Shown: positions 45,117 through 54,412 of the stretch, one piece after another | How the letters are laid out: every line of letters starts with the position of its first letter | How positions within the stretch are numbered: position 1 is the stretch's first letter | Sequence record: OR924452 | Reading direction: 5' to 3' (one strand) | Length of the DNA: 64,000 bases | Origin: Escherichia phage 241 | Program-made: the position numbers and the translations under genes | Notes under the pieces: model-generated | Database searches by the model: none | The model's input: only the letters and a program-made list of their open reading frames with translations | Told to the model about the DNA's origin: nothing

Positions 45117-45718
45117 CCGATGCTTTCCTCTTCGATGACGTCTTCTTCATTAGGAACAACAGAGATCCCAAAGTCGATCATTTGAGAGAGTTCTTGTAAA
45201 TCCTTTTCGAATCCATCCCCTTCCCGAATATAGAATACTGGGACCACGCGGCGGCGAGTATCTTCAAAGATGGTTTCGGCGATTTTGTTAATCTGGCCTA
45301 CCACATGTGTGAGATTCAAGCCACCAATACCACAACCGATGGCGGGCAAACCGACATAGACAGTTTCATCAGCTTTGGCTTCAACGATATCATGAATTTG
45401 TTCAAACATGATCTGGACTGAGCTAATGATAGATGGCATGCGAGCATTGGGACCTGGGTAAAATTGAGTATACAAATTGAATCCCCAGACACCAGTGTCA
45501 TGATCAAACGCATAGGACATGTTCCCCAAGCGCTGTTCCGGACCACGTTCATCTAATTGGTCGGCGCGGTAAATCTCTGGGAAATTCAATCGAACGTGAT
45601 TGGCGATACCCGCGCCCATTACAGACCAACAATTTGCGCCGTGAGCAAAGGCATTGATAAGATTGAAACTCGTGGCGGCTTTTAATAAATCGCCATTTGT
45701 GATAATATAAGTGGTCAT
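45113..45718 (-). CDS. macro-domain protein (ADP-ribose binding/processing)
   Basis: ITNGDLL...INAFAHGANCWSVMGAGIANH typical of macro domains; start set at ATG 45718 (ATGA coupling). Confidence 0.6.
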   Translation of the reverse strand: MTTYIITNGDLLKAATSFNLINAFAHGANCWSVMGAGIANHVRLNFPEIYRADQLDERGPEQRLGNMSYAFDHDTGVWGFNLYTQFYPGPNARMPSIISSVQIMFEQIHDIVEAKADETVYVGLPAIGCGIGGLNLTHVVGQINKIAETIFEDTRRRVVPVFYIREGDGFEKDLQELSQMIDFGISVVPNEEDVIEEESIG

Positions 45719-45951
45719 GCGTAACGTCTCCATTGTATAATTTCGTTGTCGACACAACTGACCTGAATGATACACATATTCTGGCGATGGTCGGTGAGTG
45801 TAATAATAAAACTGTCTGGTTGTGACATGACACGATTAACAGATATCCCGCGCGACATCAAACGAAAGCAAATTTCTTGATACAAACGTTGCATATATCC
45901 TGAAACAGAAGCCGATTCATATGCGCGTTCAAATTCGTATAATTCGTTCAT
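45715..45951 (-). CDS. hypothetical protein (78 aa)
   Basis: ORF. Confidence 0.4.
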   Translation of the reverse strand: MNELYEFERAYESASVSGYMQRLYQEICFRLMSRGISVNRVMSQPDSFIITLTDHRQNMCIIQVSCVDNEIIQWRRYA

Positions 45952-46172
45952 TTATTCAGACCATTAATAGCATTTTCAGAGATGTATTCGACGAATTGAT
46001 TGTCAGCCGCCATTTTTAAAAGTTCAAACAATTCAGTTCCAACTGTACTCCCAAACATTCCTTCCAATACTCCTTGGACATCTTCATCTATTTCTTCGAT
46101 GATGAGTCCATAAGATTTCAGGCGTCGCGAAATAGCACGGAACTGGGCAATATCTCCAATTTCATTTGCCAT
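45948..46172 (-). CDS. hypothetical protein (74 aa)
   Basis: ORF downstream of a promoter-in-hairpin element. Confidence 0.4.
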   Translation of the reverse strand: MANEIGDIAQFRAISRRLKSYGLIIEEIDEDVQGVLEGMFGSTVGTELFELLKMAADNQFVEYISENAINGLNK

Positions 46173-46202
46173 GGTATTATCTCAATATGGGGTTAGGCGG
46201 CA

Positions 46203-46227
46203 ATTATACCGCCATTTTCTTCAATAG
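46203..46227 (-). promoter_or_regulatory. putative promoter (CTATTGAAG box, 10 nt spacer, TATAAT) with the -10 in a hairpin loop
   Basis: Minus strand CTATTGAAG-aaaatggcgg-TATAAT; hairpin GGCGG-tataattg-CCGCC; about 30 nt upstream of ATG 46172. Confidence 0.45.
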
Positions 46228-46634
46228 AGGTCTTCGGAAAAGAGTTCACGGAAAGGAGTGTTCTTCAAACGAACTTGATTGGTTTGTCCAGCTTCACGGG
46301 CTACAATAGCCGCCTCTTCCCTAGACATCCATTGCCCATAGTTATCGATAAACCCTTGTTCACGCGTGCGGGTGTTTTCGATAACACCTGCTTCCTTCAA
46401 TCGTTTCAGTTGCGCATTCATTAATTTGTCGTGGTGACGGGCGCTTACAACGATGACATCACCATATCTGTTGGCAGCGGCCACTACGCGGCGGTCAAAT
46501 TTAGTTGGGTCTGGTATATCCCGAGCATATAGGGCGATATGGGTGTCGTCAACATCCCCTTTGACTTCAGAATATAACTGGCCACCATTAGGAGATCCAG
46601 TGGGTAAAGAACGAAAATAACCGAGTAATTTCAT
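46221..46634 (-). CDS. hypothetical protein (137 aa)
   Basis: ORF. Confidence 0.45.
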   Translation of the reverse strand: MKLLGYFRSLPTGSPNGGQLYSEVKGDVDDTHIALYARDIPDPTKFDRRVVAAANRYGDVIVVSARHHDKLMNAQLKRLKEAGVIENTRTREQGFIDNYGQWMSREEAAIVAREAGQTNQVRLKNTPFRELFSEDLY

Positions 46635-46689
46635 AATCTAGTCTATCCATATTTCAGGTTCGGGGATATCAACCATCTCCATTGACATA

Positions 46690-47001
46690 TTACGCCTCCA
46701 CTTCTTCATCAGGAAAATAAGGGCGTAAATCCCCAATTAATTTAGGGAAGAGGGCAAACCCGAACAGATTAAAAGAACGCATGGTCCCAACCATACCAAC
46801 ATCATCCAATTCGGTAACGTCAGAAAGGGCACACAACGGTATCCACACGTCTTCTTGTCCTTCGTAATTTACGAAGGCAACTTCCTCTTTGATGAATCGA
46901 GGACAAAGAATATCAAACAGCCAATAGGCGTATGCCAGTAATGAGAGACTGCGGAAATATACAAACATGGTGAACCCCTCACAGGTTTGGAGGGAATTCA
47001 C
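46690..47001 (-). CDS. hypothetical protein (103 aa)
   Basis: ORF. Confidence 0.4.
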   Translation of the reverse strand: MNSLQTCEGFTMFVYFRSLSLLAYAYWLFDILCPRFIKEEVAFVNYEGQEDVWIPLCALSDVTELDDVGMVGTMRSFNLFGFALFPKLIGDLRPYFPDEEVEA

Positions 47002-47010
47002 CCTCCAGAT

Positions 47011-48342
47011 TTATAGGCTTAATGCCTTTTCAAGATCATCTAAATCATCATTGTAGAGATCAATGTCTTGTTTGTTATTTAATTCTTCTCTTTGTTCTTC
47101 CAGATTCTTTATCTGATTCAACAATCGTTCACGTGCGTCTAACGTGATTGATGATAAAGACATCTTGAATAATTCATCAAGATCACCATCAAAATCTGGA
47201 TAATCCGTTTGAAACAACGCTTTCAGTTCTGTAATGCTGCGACGCATATCCGTAACCACGGCCCAACTGATGAATAATGCACGGTTGTTCAGGCGATGAA
47301 TTTTATCAGTCATCTCCTTTAACAGGTATTGACGACGGTCTTCATAACGGATCAAACGATAGTTGAAGAAGGAAAGCAGCATCTCCTTCCACCCAGAATA
47401 ACGTCGGATGACACCATCTTCATCCCATGCCGTCCAGACGGGTTTGTTCGCAGAGTACAGTTTGAACATCTGCTCGATTTGTGCATCATCCAGCTTAGAC
47501 AATTCACCACGTTTGAACACGACAGTAATGTCCCAGCCGTCTTCGGTCGTGTCATTGGCGTATTCAGTGAGCAAACCCGCCTTATACAACGGCAACAGAA
47601 CTTTGGTCTCATACGATTTAGCGAACCAACCAATTGGGACCTCGGTGATGTGAAGGGTTGTAGCATTGATGCGTTTGAAGATGCCGCGACTGTATGCTCT
47701 TCCTTCCTCAGTATAGCCTGTCTCTCCTTTATATCCATTCCAGTACGGTTTTAAGTCCGTAGGGTCTTCGCCACGGAGAAGTGCTCTCAGAGCGCCGAGG
47801 ACTGATTTAACGCAATGGCATGGGGTGTCCGTTGAGTACCCAGATCCGATACCATTAATTCCGTTCACCAAGAACATGGGAATAACAGGCAAAAAGAACT
47901 TTGGTTCCAATTGTTCTTCACCCAAGTAGTTGTAATCCAAAATCCCCTCATCTTCCTTACGGAATATTTTACGGATAACATCGGATACAGAAACAGAGAT
48001 GTAACGAGCAGACGATGCGTCACGTCCCATGATAGAACCAAATTGACCATCACGGTCAAAGTATGGAATATTGTTCGTACCAGGAAACGCCTGAGCCATG
48101 TTCACAATCGTATTGCCCATGTTCTCACCACCGGACTTGTAGTTGGTACGAGCGGCGGCGAACATACCCAGGCGATCAACAATCTCTTCCTTGCCATATT
48201 CCAATGCAGTGAAAAGAATTTTGCGCTGACTTGGTTTCAAACTGTCAATCAACTGAGGTATTTGACGGATGCTGTTGAACACAGAAAATGCCTTGTGATC
48301 ATTATTGACATAATCCGTGACATTGATACTTTGAGCGACCAT
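47011..48342 (-). CDS. 52: DNA topoisomerase II medium subunit (gp52, GyrA-like)
   Basis: PSQRKILF and NNIPYFDRDGQFGS...ARYIS parallel T4 gp52 PVQRFVIA and NNFPLLDGQGNFGS...SRYIF; start set at 48342 so it does not overlap gp39. Confidence 0.8.
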   Translation of the reverse strand: MVAQSINVTDYVNNDHKAFSVFNSIRQIPQLIDSLKPSQRKILFTALEYGKEEIVDRLGMFAAARTNYKSGGENMGNTIVNMAQAFPGTNNIPYFDRDGQFGSIMGRDASSARYISVSVSDVIRKIFRKEDEGILDYNYLGEEQLEPKFFLPVIPMFLVNGINGIGSGYSTDTPCHCVKSVLGALRALLRGEDPTDLKPYWNGYKGETGYTEEGRAYSRGIFKRINATTLHITEVPIGWFAKSYETKVLLPLYKAGLLTEYANDTTEDGWDITVVFKRGELSKLDDAQIEQMFKLYSANKPVWTAWDEDGVIRRYSGWKEMLLSFFNYRLIRYEDRRQYLLKEMTDKIHRLNNRALFISWAVVTDMRRSITELKALFQTDYPDFDGDLDELFKMSLSSITLDARERLLNQIKNLEEQREELNNKQDIDLYNDDLDDLEKALSL

Positions 48343-48343
48343 C

Positions 48344-50254
48344 TTATTCTCCCTCTGTTTCAAACAAACAAACATCACTAAACCAGGTTTTGCGGTAATC
48401 GGCGGTCTCATCACCGAAGCCGTTCTTCAGTGATTCTTTGTAGTTGTCATCCAACGTGACCGTCGTAGTATACGCATCCAGATTGTTTAGAATACGTTTG
48501 AAGTCTTCAGTGCTGTTACCACCAAGACCTTTCAGATATTTCTTCTTCGTAATCTTCTTGGCGTCAGGGGTTTTTAAAAATTCTTCATATTCCGTATTGC
48601 TCATAAACTCATACATCGTTTTACCACACCAAATACGCATGTATGGTGTGCGCAGGAGTTTCAGCCTACCCTGACGGACGTACTCCGGCCAATATGTGCA
48701 ATACAGAGTAATCAACAAACCACGGATGTGAATGCCATCATCGTCCGCATCGGTGGCTACAACAGTCTGTGGGTAGCGGGTGATATCAATCGGCTGACCT
48801 GGGACTGCGCCTCCATGAATCGTGCAAAGATTCTTGAACTCCTCATTATTCATTACCTTTGATCGCGGATTGTTTAAACAATTGATGAATTTACCACGCA
48901 AAGGGAATAATCCGATCTTTTTAGTATCACGGGCGTTCAGGATAGGATTGGACGCGCTGTCACCTTCAGTCAATAACAGAGAGCACCCACTGCGATCACC
49001 ACGGGCGGTCGCCGGATAATACTTCTCTATCTCACGATAATCCCGTTTGCTAATATCCTTCTTGGCCTTTTCAAATTCAGCATCATCTTGGTCGTTACGC
49101 AAGGCGGCCAATTCTTTGCTCAGGCCAGCTGTGACAAACTCCAGAGCCTTCCGGATTAGTTTATCGCTGGGCTTATAGGTCGTACCAAACTGGCTAACAG
49201 GAGTCGTCATACGCTCCTTGGTTTGGCTATCAAAACGAGGGTTGTTGATATCAGCCGAGATGAAAAGCATCATATGGTTTTTAATCATAGAAGGCTTCAG
49301 ATCAGTCTTAAACTTTTTCACCAATTGTGGGCGAATCGCATTCACGATCTGGTCAGCAACGTAATCCACATGAGGACCACCGATATGGGTGGCAATGCTG
49401 TTCACATATGATGCATGAATAAACGTCCCTTGTGAAGGAGCAACAGCAACAGACCACTCCTCTGTTTCATCAACAGAAGAACCTTGGCAAAAGTAATCCA
49501 CAAAATGGCCAAATCGGTCGATACGGATTTGTTTCCCGTTCAGAATGACTTTCAGGCGCGGGTTACAAGCAGCCACTTCAAATGCTCGGCGATAGATCAT
49601 CAACAAGTTATTTTGATCAAGACCTTTGACACCCAGACGCGCATAATCAGGTATCCATGCGATAGACGTCCCAGGGGCATTCAAATTACTGATCACCGGA
49701 TTAGAACGTTTGCTCAAATTGTCTTCAAATGTTTGAGTGTAAGACTTCTTCCCGTCATTTGTCGTGACACGGAACCATTTTGAAAATACGTTGACCAGTG
49801 AAGCCCCTTCACCGTTCTGCCCACCTGATTTTTTGTTATTGTATTCTTCATCGTCGTCGTTGAAGTTGCTACCCGCATAGAGGGAGCCAAATAACATCTC
49901 AGGGAGCCATTCCTTTGTCTCCCCGTGTTTAACAACCGGAATACCCCCATTGTCAGCCACGATGATCTGACCATTCATAGGAGAAACGGTAATGGTGATT
50001 TCTGTGAGGCTTTTACCTTCTGGCGTTTTGCTATGATCTACAGAGTTGGTGATAATTTCATCAAACTGTTTAATCAATGCAGGAGAATATTCAAAATTAT
50101 CCTTGAATATAACTTGATCTTTTATTGGATCATATATCCAAGTCGTTCCAACGGCTGAACGGATACTGCCCAGATGACGCTCTGGGCGAAGAAGGATATG
50201 CTCTATGTGAGTGAGCTTTTTGTATTTTCGTTCAATATCAATCATATTAGACAT
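48344..50254 (-). CDS. 39: DNA topoisomerase II large subunit (gp39, GyrB-like ATPase plus Toprim; appears to include the gp60-equivalent region)
   Basis: 636 aa; GHKL ATPase and Toprim pattern; longer than T4 gp39. Confidence 0.85.
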   Translation of the reverse strand: MSNMIDIERKYKKLTHIEHILLRPERHLGSIRSAVGTTWIYDPIKDQVIFKDNFEYSPALIKQFDEIITNSVDHSKTPEGKSLTEITITVSPMNGQIIVADNGGIPVVKHGETKEWLPEMLFGSLYAGSNFNDDDEEYNNKKSGGQNGEGASLVNVFSKWFRVTTNDGKKSYTQTFEDNLSKRSNPVISNLNAPGTSIAWIPDYARLGVKGLDQNNLLMIYRRAFEVAACNPRLKVILNGKQIRIDRFGHFVDYFCQGSSVDETEEWSVAVAPSQGTFIHASYVNSIATHIGGPHVDYVADQIVNAIRPQLVKKFKTDLKPSMIKNHMMLFISADINNPRFDSQTKERMTTPVSQFGTTYKPSDKLIRKALEFVTAGLSKELAALRNDQDDAEFEKAKKDISKRDYREIEKYYPATARGDRSGCSLLLTEGDSASNPILNARDTKKIGLFPLRGKFINCLNNPRSKVMNNEEFKNLCTIHGGAVPGQPIDITRYPQTVVATDADDDGIHIRGLLITLYCTYWPEYVRQGRLKLLRTPYMRIWCGKTMYEFMSNTEYEEFLKTPDAKKITKKKYLKGLGGNSTEDFKRILNNLDAYTTTVTLDDNYKESLKNGFGDETADYRKTWFSDVCLFETEGE

Positions 50255-50301
50255 CGGCCTATCCCGTCAATGGTAAACACAAGATTATGTATGGGGTCGG
50301 C

Positions 50302-50880
50302 TTATAGACCAAATTTACCGCGCCATTTCTGTACTTTGTGTTCAATGGCATGCTCAACTTTGACTATGGTGCTTTTTAGGTTATGGTTGTGATCACAAGC
50401 CAGTTTGGCAGTGTGTCGGATGACACCATTTACCAAATCGGCCAGATTATCATCTGTTCTTTGTGGTTGGTTGAGTAATCTGGTAATGCGACCTTTGTAG
50501 TGGTTGATCATCGCTAGTTGCTCGTCCAAACTATCAACCCCACCACAGAACCAATAATCTTCTAATGTGTGTTGTGTGAGGTCACTTGTACCGTTGGCCC
50601 GAGACAGAGAGAACACGATCGAATCAAATATCTCGTCTTTGTTCATAGAGCCATATTGTTGAATATGCTGATATTCACAAACATACAACAAGTCCAGTGC
50701 TGAAATAATAACGTCTGCCACTTCACCATTCAGAGGTTCTGAAGCAGAAATTTCATATAACACGTCAGACAATTCGCAAGTTTCTTCAACAAGTTTACAG
50801 AACACAAATACAGATGGGCGATTCGGTTCTTTCTGGCTGAGTTCATAAGATGTTTCTAAGATGCGACGAATAAATTTCAT
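50302..50880 (-). CDS. MazG-like nucleotide pyrophosphohydrolase (tentative)
   Basis: LVEETCELSDV...GEVADVIISALDLL fits the MazG EExxE...E/D pattern. Confidence 0.4.
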   Translation of the reverse strand: MKFIRRILETSYELSQKEPNRPSVFVFCKLVEETCELSDVLYEISASEPLNGEVADVIISALDLLYVCEYQHIQQYGSMNKDEIFDSIVFSLSRANGTSDLTQHTLEDYWFCGGVDSLDEQLAMINHYKGRITRLLNQPQRTDDNLADLVNGVIRHTAKLACDHNHNLKSTIVKVEHAIEHKVQKWRGKFGL

Positions 50881-51377
50881 TTCAAATATCCTTCTAAGCG
50901 AAAGCGGTTGATATGTTGTATGATAAAGTCCATAGAGTTTTGAAAACTATATTTCCCCTGATGCTCATATGCATGAATAAGGGGAAGTCGGCTGTGAGCC
51001 AATTGGAATCGCAGTCTTGGTGGCATAGACAACAACTTGGCTGATGTCGCCGCGATAATACGAGAACGCAATATGGGGGAATCTGAATCAACGAGAGGGA
51101 TTTGCGTTTTACCCAAATCCAATCCATACATCTTGGCTTCATAACCACTCAGATGCCGAAGAGCATCATCGCGATATTTTATCCAGTACCAATAACCCTC
51201 GATAGAATCGAAGTGTCCGTCCAGGGTTTCAATCGGATGATGGGTAAAATGCGATAGGAATTTTCCCAGATCAGTCCGGCTTTGGCTGTATATGTTATAA
51301 TGATTGACACCCTCAGTTATAGGCGTCATCGCTTTCTTTGAAACATTCAGTAATATAAGCATGATATAGAGTCTCAA
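50877..51377 (-). CDS. hypothetical protein (possible NADAR-like domain)
   Basis: FTHHPIETLDGHFDSIEGYWYWIKY weakly resembles the NADAR signature; speculative. Confidence 0.35.
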   Translation of the reverse strand: MRLYIMLILLNVSKKAMTPITEGVNHYNIYSQSRTDLGKFLSHFTHHPIETLDGHFDSIEGYWYWIKYRDDALRHLSGYEAKMYGLDLGKTQIPLVDSDSPILRSRIIAATSAKLLSMPPRLRFQLAHSRLPLIHAYEHQGKYSFQNSMDFIIQHINRFRLEGYLK

Positions 51378-51402
51378 ATCAAAATTGCTGTGTGTAATCA
51401 GG

Positions 51403-51594
51403 TCAAATCTTTTTATATGCTTTCAGGGTACAGATAATAGAGACGCCGCCAAATAGAACGAGCAATATGAATCGTTCCATCCTAAAATCAGGAAGGGAAA
51501 GCAGTCCCACAAGGCTGTCTAAAGCAATCATGAACGTTACTCCAGTCAGCATGCCCAACTTAAAGGAGTTGGAACCTCTTTTGCAACGTAGCAT
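51403..51594 (-). CDS. small membrane protein (63 aa)
   Basis: ORF, hydrophobic. Confidence 0.35.
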   Translation of the reverse strand: MLRCKRGSNSFKLGMLTGVTFMIALDSLVGLLSLPDFRMERFILLVLFGGVSIICTLKAYKKI

Positions 51595-51641
51595 AAATCA
51601 CCTCCGATTCAAATGGGGAGTTTCCTCCCCATACAAATTAT

Positions 51642-52145
51642 CTAGCCCAGAAACACTACTAAAGTCAAATTTGTAAAGCAGCTGCGATTATCTTTTAACA
51701 TTTGATGGGCAGCGGAAAGGCGCTTAGCATCATGCAGAGTATCTGAAAACACGATGATATTGGCCTTGTCGATTTTGGTTCCCATAAAATTGGCCATGGT
51801 CGACGTTTTCTCTTTTCGATCAAATTTTTCATACTGCTCCCCTGTGGTTACATTTTTCGATTGAGTGAAAAACGTATCACGTTCACGAGCAGTGTGAAAT
51901 ACACCGAATACGTCGATTTCATTTTCAATTTGGAATTTTTCAGAAAGGAGTTTCTTTAACGCCGCAGTGTGACCAGTCTGGCGAAGCATTCGATAGTAGA
52001 GCATGCTCCCACTGTCTGCGGGATCAAGGTCGTGACGAATCCGGCGATCTTTTTGAATTTCATACGCATCTAGAACCAATTGTTGGATCATTTCAATATG
52101 CGCATTAAGAGATACTTCTACTTTTCGTTTAACTAGAGATTTCAT
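51642..52145 (-). CDS. hypothetical protein (167 aa)
   Basis: ORF. Confidence 0.45.
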   Translation of the reverse strand: MKSLVKRKVEVSLNAHIEMIQQLVLDAYEIQKDRRIRHDLDPADSGSMLYYRMLRQTGHTAALKKLLSEKFQIENEIDVFGVFHTARERDTFFTQSKNVTTGEQYEKFDRKEKTSTMANFMGTKIDKANIIVFSDTLHDAKRLSAAHQMLKDNRSCFTNLTLVVFLG

Positions 52146-52233
52146 TGTTGGAGCCTCGAATTTACGTTCCGCTCATGGGGAACATAAAAATTATACCCTT
52201 AGACACAACAATGAAAAAGAGGCCGAAGCCTCT

Positions 52234-52455
52234 TTAATCGTCATATTTGCCTGTCCTGAAATTCCATTTCCTGGCCTTGGATAGGTCAAGATCTTTGAAT
52301 ATATTACCGAAGATCTTTTTAAACCCTGACTCTTCTTCAAGATCTTTCGGTCTCTTGACAGGTTCTTGAACCATACCGCCTTCGGGTTTCCCCACATCAG
52401 CGGTAGTGGTGGCCGGAGCCGAAGAGTCTTCTAGGTAATCCTGGAAGCTCTTCAT
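52234..52455 (-). CDS. hypothetical protein (73 aa)
   Basis: ORF. Confidence 0.35.
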   Translation of the reverse strand: MKSFQDYLEDSSAPATTTADVGKPEGGMVQEPVKRPKDLEEESGFKKIFGNIFKDLDLSKARKWNFRTGKYDD

Positions 52456-52458
52456 AGA

Positions 52459-53268
52459 TTACACCACAGCCAGTTCACAACGGGCGGAAGTTACAGAATG
52501 GCCGTCCGCGTCTTCTACAACACACCAGTACTCACCCTCAGAAGCAGCGGTGACAGCGTGGTTGACCAGAGACGCAGTCGCTGCTGTTGGGTTAACACCA
52601 GCATCAATCACCACACCTTCGCCGCCAGGGGTGTCAGAGTAATACCACACATAAGAGTACGGCGCGGTGCCGCCAGCAGCAACGATAGTGAATGTCGCAT
52701 CAGCGCCGTCGGCCACGTCCTGAGAAGCAGCCAGATCGGTTGTCAACGACAACAACCCTGCGACGGTAATGACGGTGGAATCGGTGTGATTTCCTTCTAC
52801 AGTAACACCATAAACTGTAACAGAACCAGACTGAAGCAGTTTGAATTTACCACCGCCGATATGAATCGCCTTCGTCAGGTCGCCAGAATACCAGTTAACC
52901 CCTTGATATGTTGCGTTCGCAGGGGCAACAGTGGCCAGCAATTCAACGATTTGGCCTATTTCCCCGCTGGCAGTAGCCGGAGTAATGGCCAGACCCGTGG
53001 TCAGAACAGCAGTCGGATCATGGATTTCATAAGAAACCTGGAAACCTACTGGCTTGGTCGGATCAACTTTGGTGACACCGTCCGCTTGCAGATTGCTTTT
53101 GGTCAGCAATGCATCAAGACCTTTACATTCGGTCAAGATTTCATCAGGATCTTGATTTAGGCTGGTTTTTTGCCAACCCTTTGCAACACCCGTCACGACA
53201 TGATTGCGTTCGGTTTCCGGTTTGTTGCGGACAACTTCCGGCGCGACTAATACTGTGATTGTTGGCAT
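52459..53268 (-). CDS. Ig-like domain protein, possibly capsid decoration (Hoc-like)
   Basis: Repeated beta-sandwich modules; C-terminal EGEYWCVVEDADGHSVTSARCELAV is a classic Ig-like signature. Confidence 0.5.
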   Translation of the reverse strand: MPTITVLVAPEVVRNKPETERNHVVTGVAKGWQKTSLNQDPDEILTECKGLDALLTKSNLQADGVTKVDPTKPVGFQVSYEIHDPTAVLTTGLAITPATASGEIGQIVELLATVAPANATYQGVNWYSGDLTKAIHIGGGKFKLLQSGSVTVYGVTVEGNHTDSTVITVAGLLSLTTDLAASQDVADGADATFTIVAAGGTAPYSYVWYYSDTPGGEGVVIDAGVNPTAATASLVNHAVTAASEGEYWCVVEDADGHSVTSARCELAVV

Positions 53269-53639
53269 GGTTTCCTCCACTCATCCAAATCGTTGTTCAG
53301 AGCCATCATCAGCTCGTTATCTGGTTCGTATGAACCGGAACATAAATCATCTCTCCAAACTCCTAACGTCAACAGCGCTGCCTTTAGACGAGGATGTTGG
53401 TTCTTATCCGTTTTCAACACCAGCATTCGACACACAGCTTCAGTTTCGAAAGTATTGAAAAGAATAATCAATTGATTGATAAGCACACGAGGACTTTTCC
53501 CTGGCACAAATCTCTTCAATGATTGATTAATTAGCGAAATTCGCTGAATGTCTACCATCAAATCATCCCGTGAGACACCAGCAGTGATATAGTGTCTCAG
53601 GGCATATTCCATCAAATTGCTTTCGTCAACGATAGCCAT
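53247..53639 (-). CDS. hypothetical protein (130 aa)
   Basis: ORF. Confidence 0.4.
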   Translation of the reverse strand: MAIVDESNLMEYALRHYITAGVSRDDLMVDIQRISLINQSLKRFVPGKSPRVLINQLIILFNTFETEAVCRMLVLKTDKNQHPRLKAALLTLGVWRDDLCSGSYEPDNELMMALNNDLDEWRKPCQQSQY

Positions 53640-53671
53640 ATTGAATTATAATCAGCAGTTATACACTGGGA

Positions 53672-54085
53672 TTATTTAATCTGGAGTTTTTCAGTCAATT
53701 GAGCAATAATTTCATTCCGGTCGGTAGAAACAATTCCCAAAGGTTCGGCCAATGTTTTAAGATCATTGATGTCAAGCAAGAGAAGGACTTCAACCGTAAT
53801 ATCGGTGGATACCACAGTGCCTGGTTTCATAGGCTTACCGAACTTGTCTAGCCCATATCGACGTAAAGTACCCGCCAGCCCCGTAAGTTCCGCGAGAAGC
53901 TCCTTCGTGCCGTCTTTGTATTCACAGACCCAACCGTAGTCACCAGCATAAACGACGCCACCGTCGCCCCCCTGAGGGATGTTATCCACCACACGCTGGA
54001 GATAACTTGGGAGTTTGTTTTCTTCCTGGGCGGTGATTTCCTGGGAAGTTTGGGTATTTTCAATTTTCTTTGGTGTCTTCGCCAT
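53672..54085 (-). CDS. hypothetical protein (137 aa)
   Basis: AGGAGA RBS before internal ATG at 54085. Confidence 0.4.
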   Translation of the reverse strand: MAKTPKKIENTQTSQEITAQEENKLPSYLQRVVDNIPQGGDGGVVYAGDYGWVCEYKDGTKELLAELTGLAGTLRRYGLDKFGKPMKPGTVVSTDITVEVLLLLDINDLKTLAEPLGIVSTDRNEIIAQLTEKLQIK

Positions 54086-54359
54086 GATCAGTTCTCCTAT
54101 AGACTGTAATGTATTTACCACAGCAATTGCAGCAATAAACGTGCATGGAATATCCGTCGTCATTGAAATCACACCCACCACAACGACAGAACAATTTCAC
54201 AAACTGGTCACCACTGACTTCTCTTGGAGGAAAATTCTTAAACGAGTATTCTCTGAGTTCACCCTCAAATTGGAATGAATCAACAAGGAACTTTGTTTTT
54301 CGGCGCAGTGATCCAAATGCCTGTTGCTCATACACGAAGTAAACATCTCTGGTTTCCAT
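54060..54359 (-). CDS. small Cys-rich protein (99 aa)
   Basis: CRCGGCDF...CCNCCGKY. Confidence 0.4.
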   Translation of the reverse strand: METRDVYFVYEQQAFGSLRRKTKFLVDSFQFEGELREYSFKNFPPREVSGDQFVKLFCRCGGCDFNDDGYSMHVYCCNCCGKYITVYRRTDHGEDTKEN

Positions 54360-54412
54360 ATCAACCTCAAAGAAAAGGAGGCCGAAGCCCCCTCTTTTAT
54401 GTCAGTTCGCGG

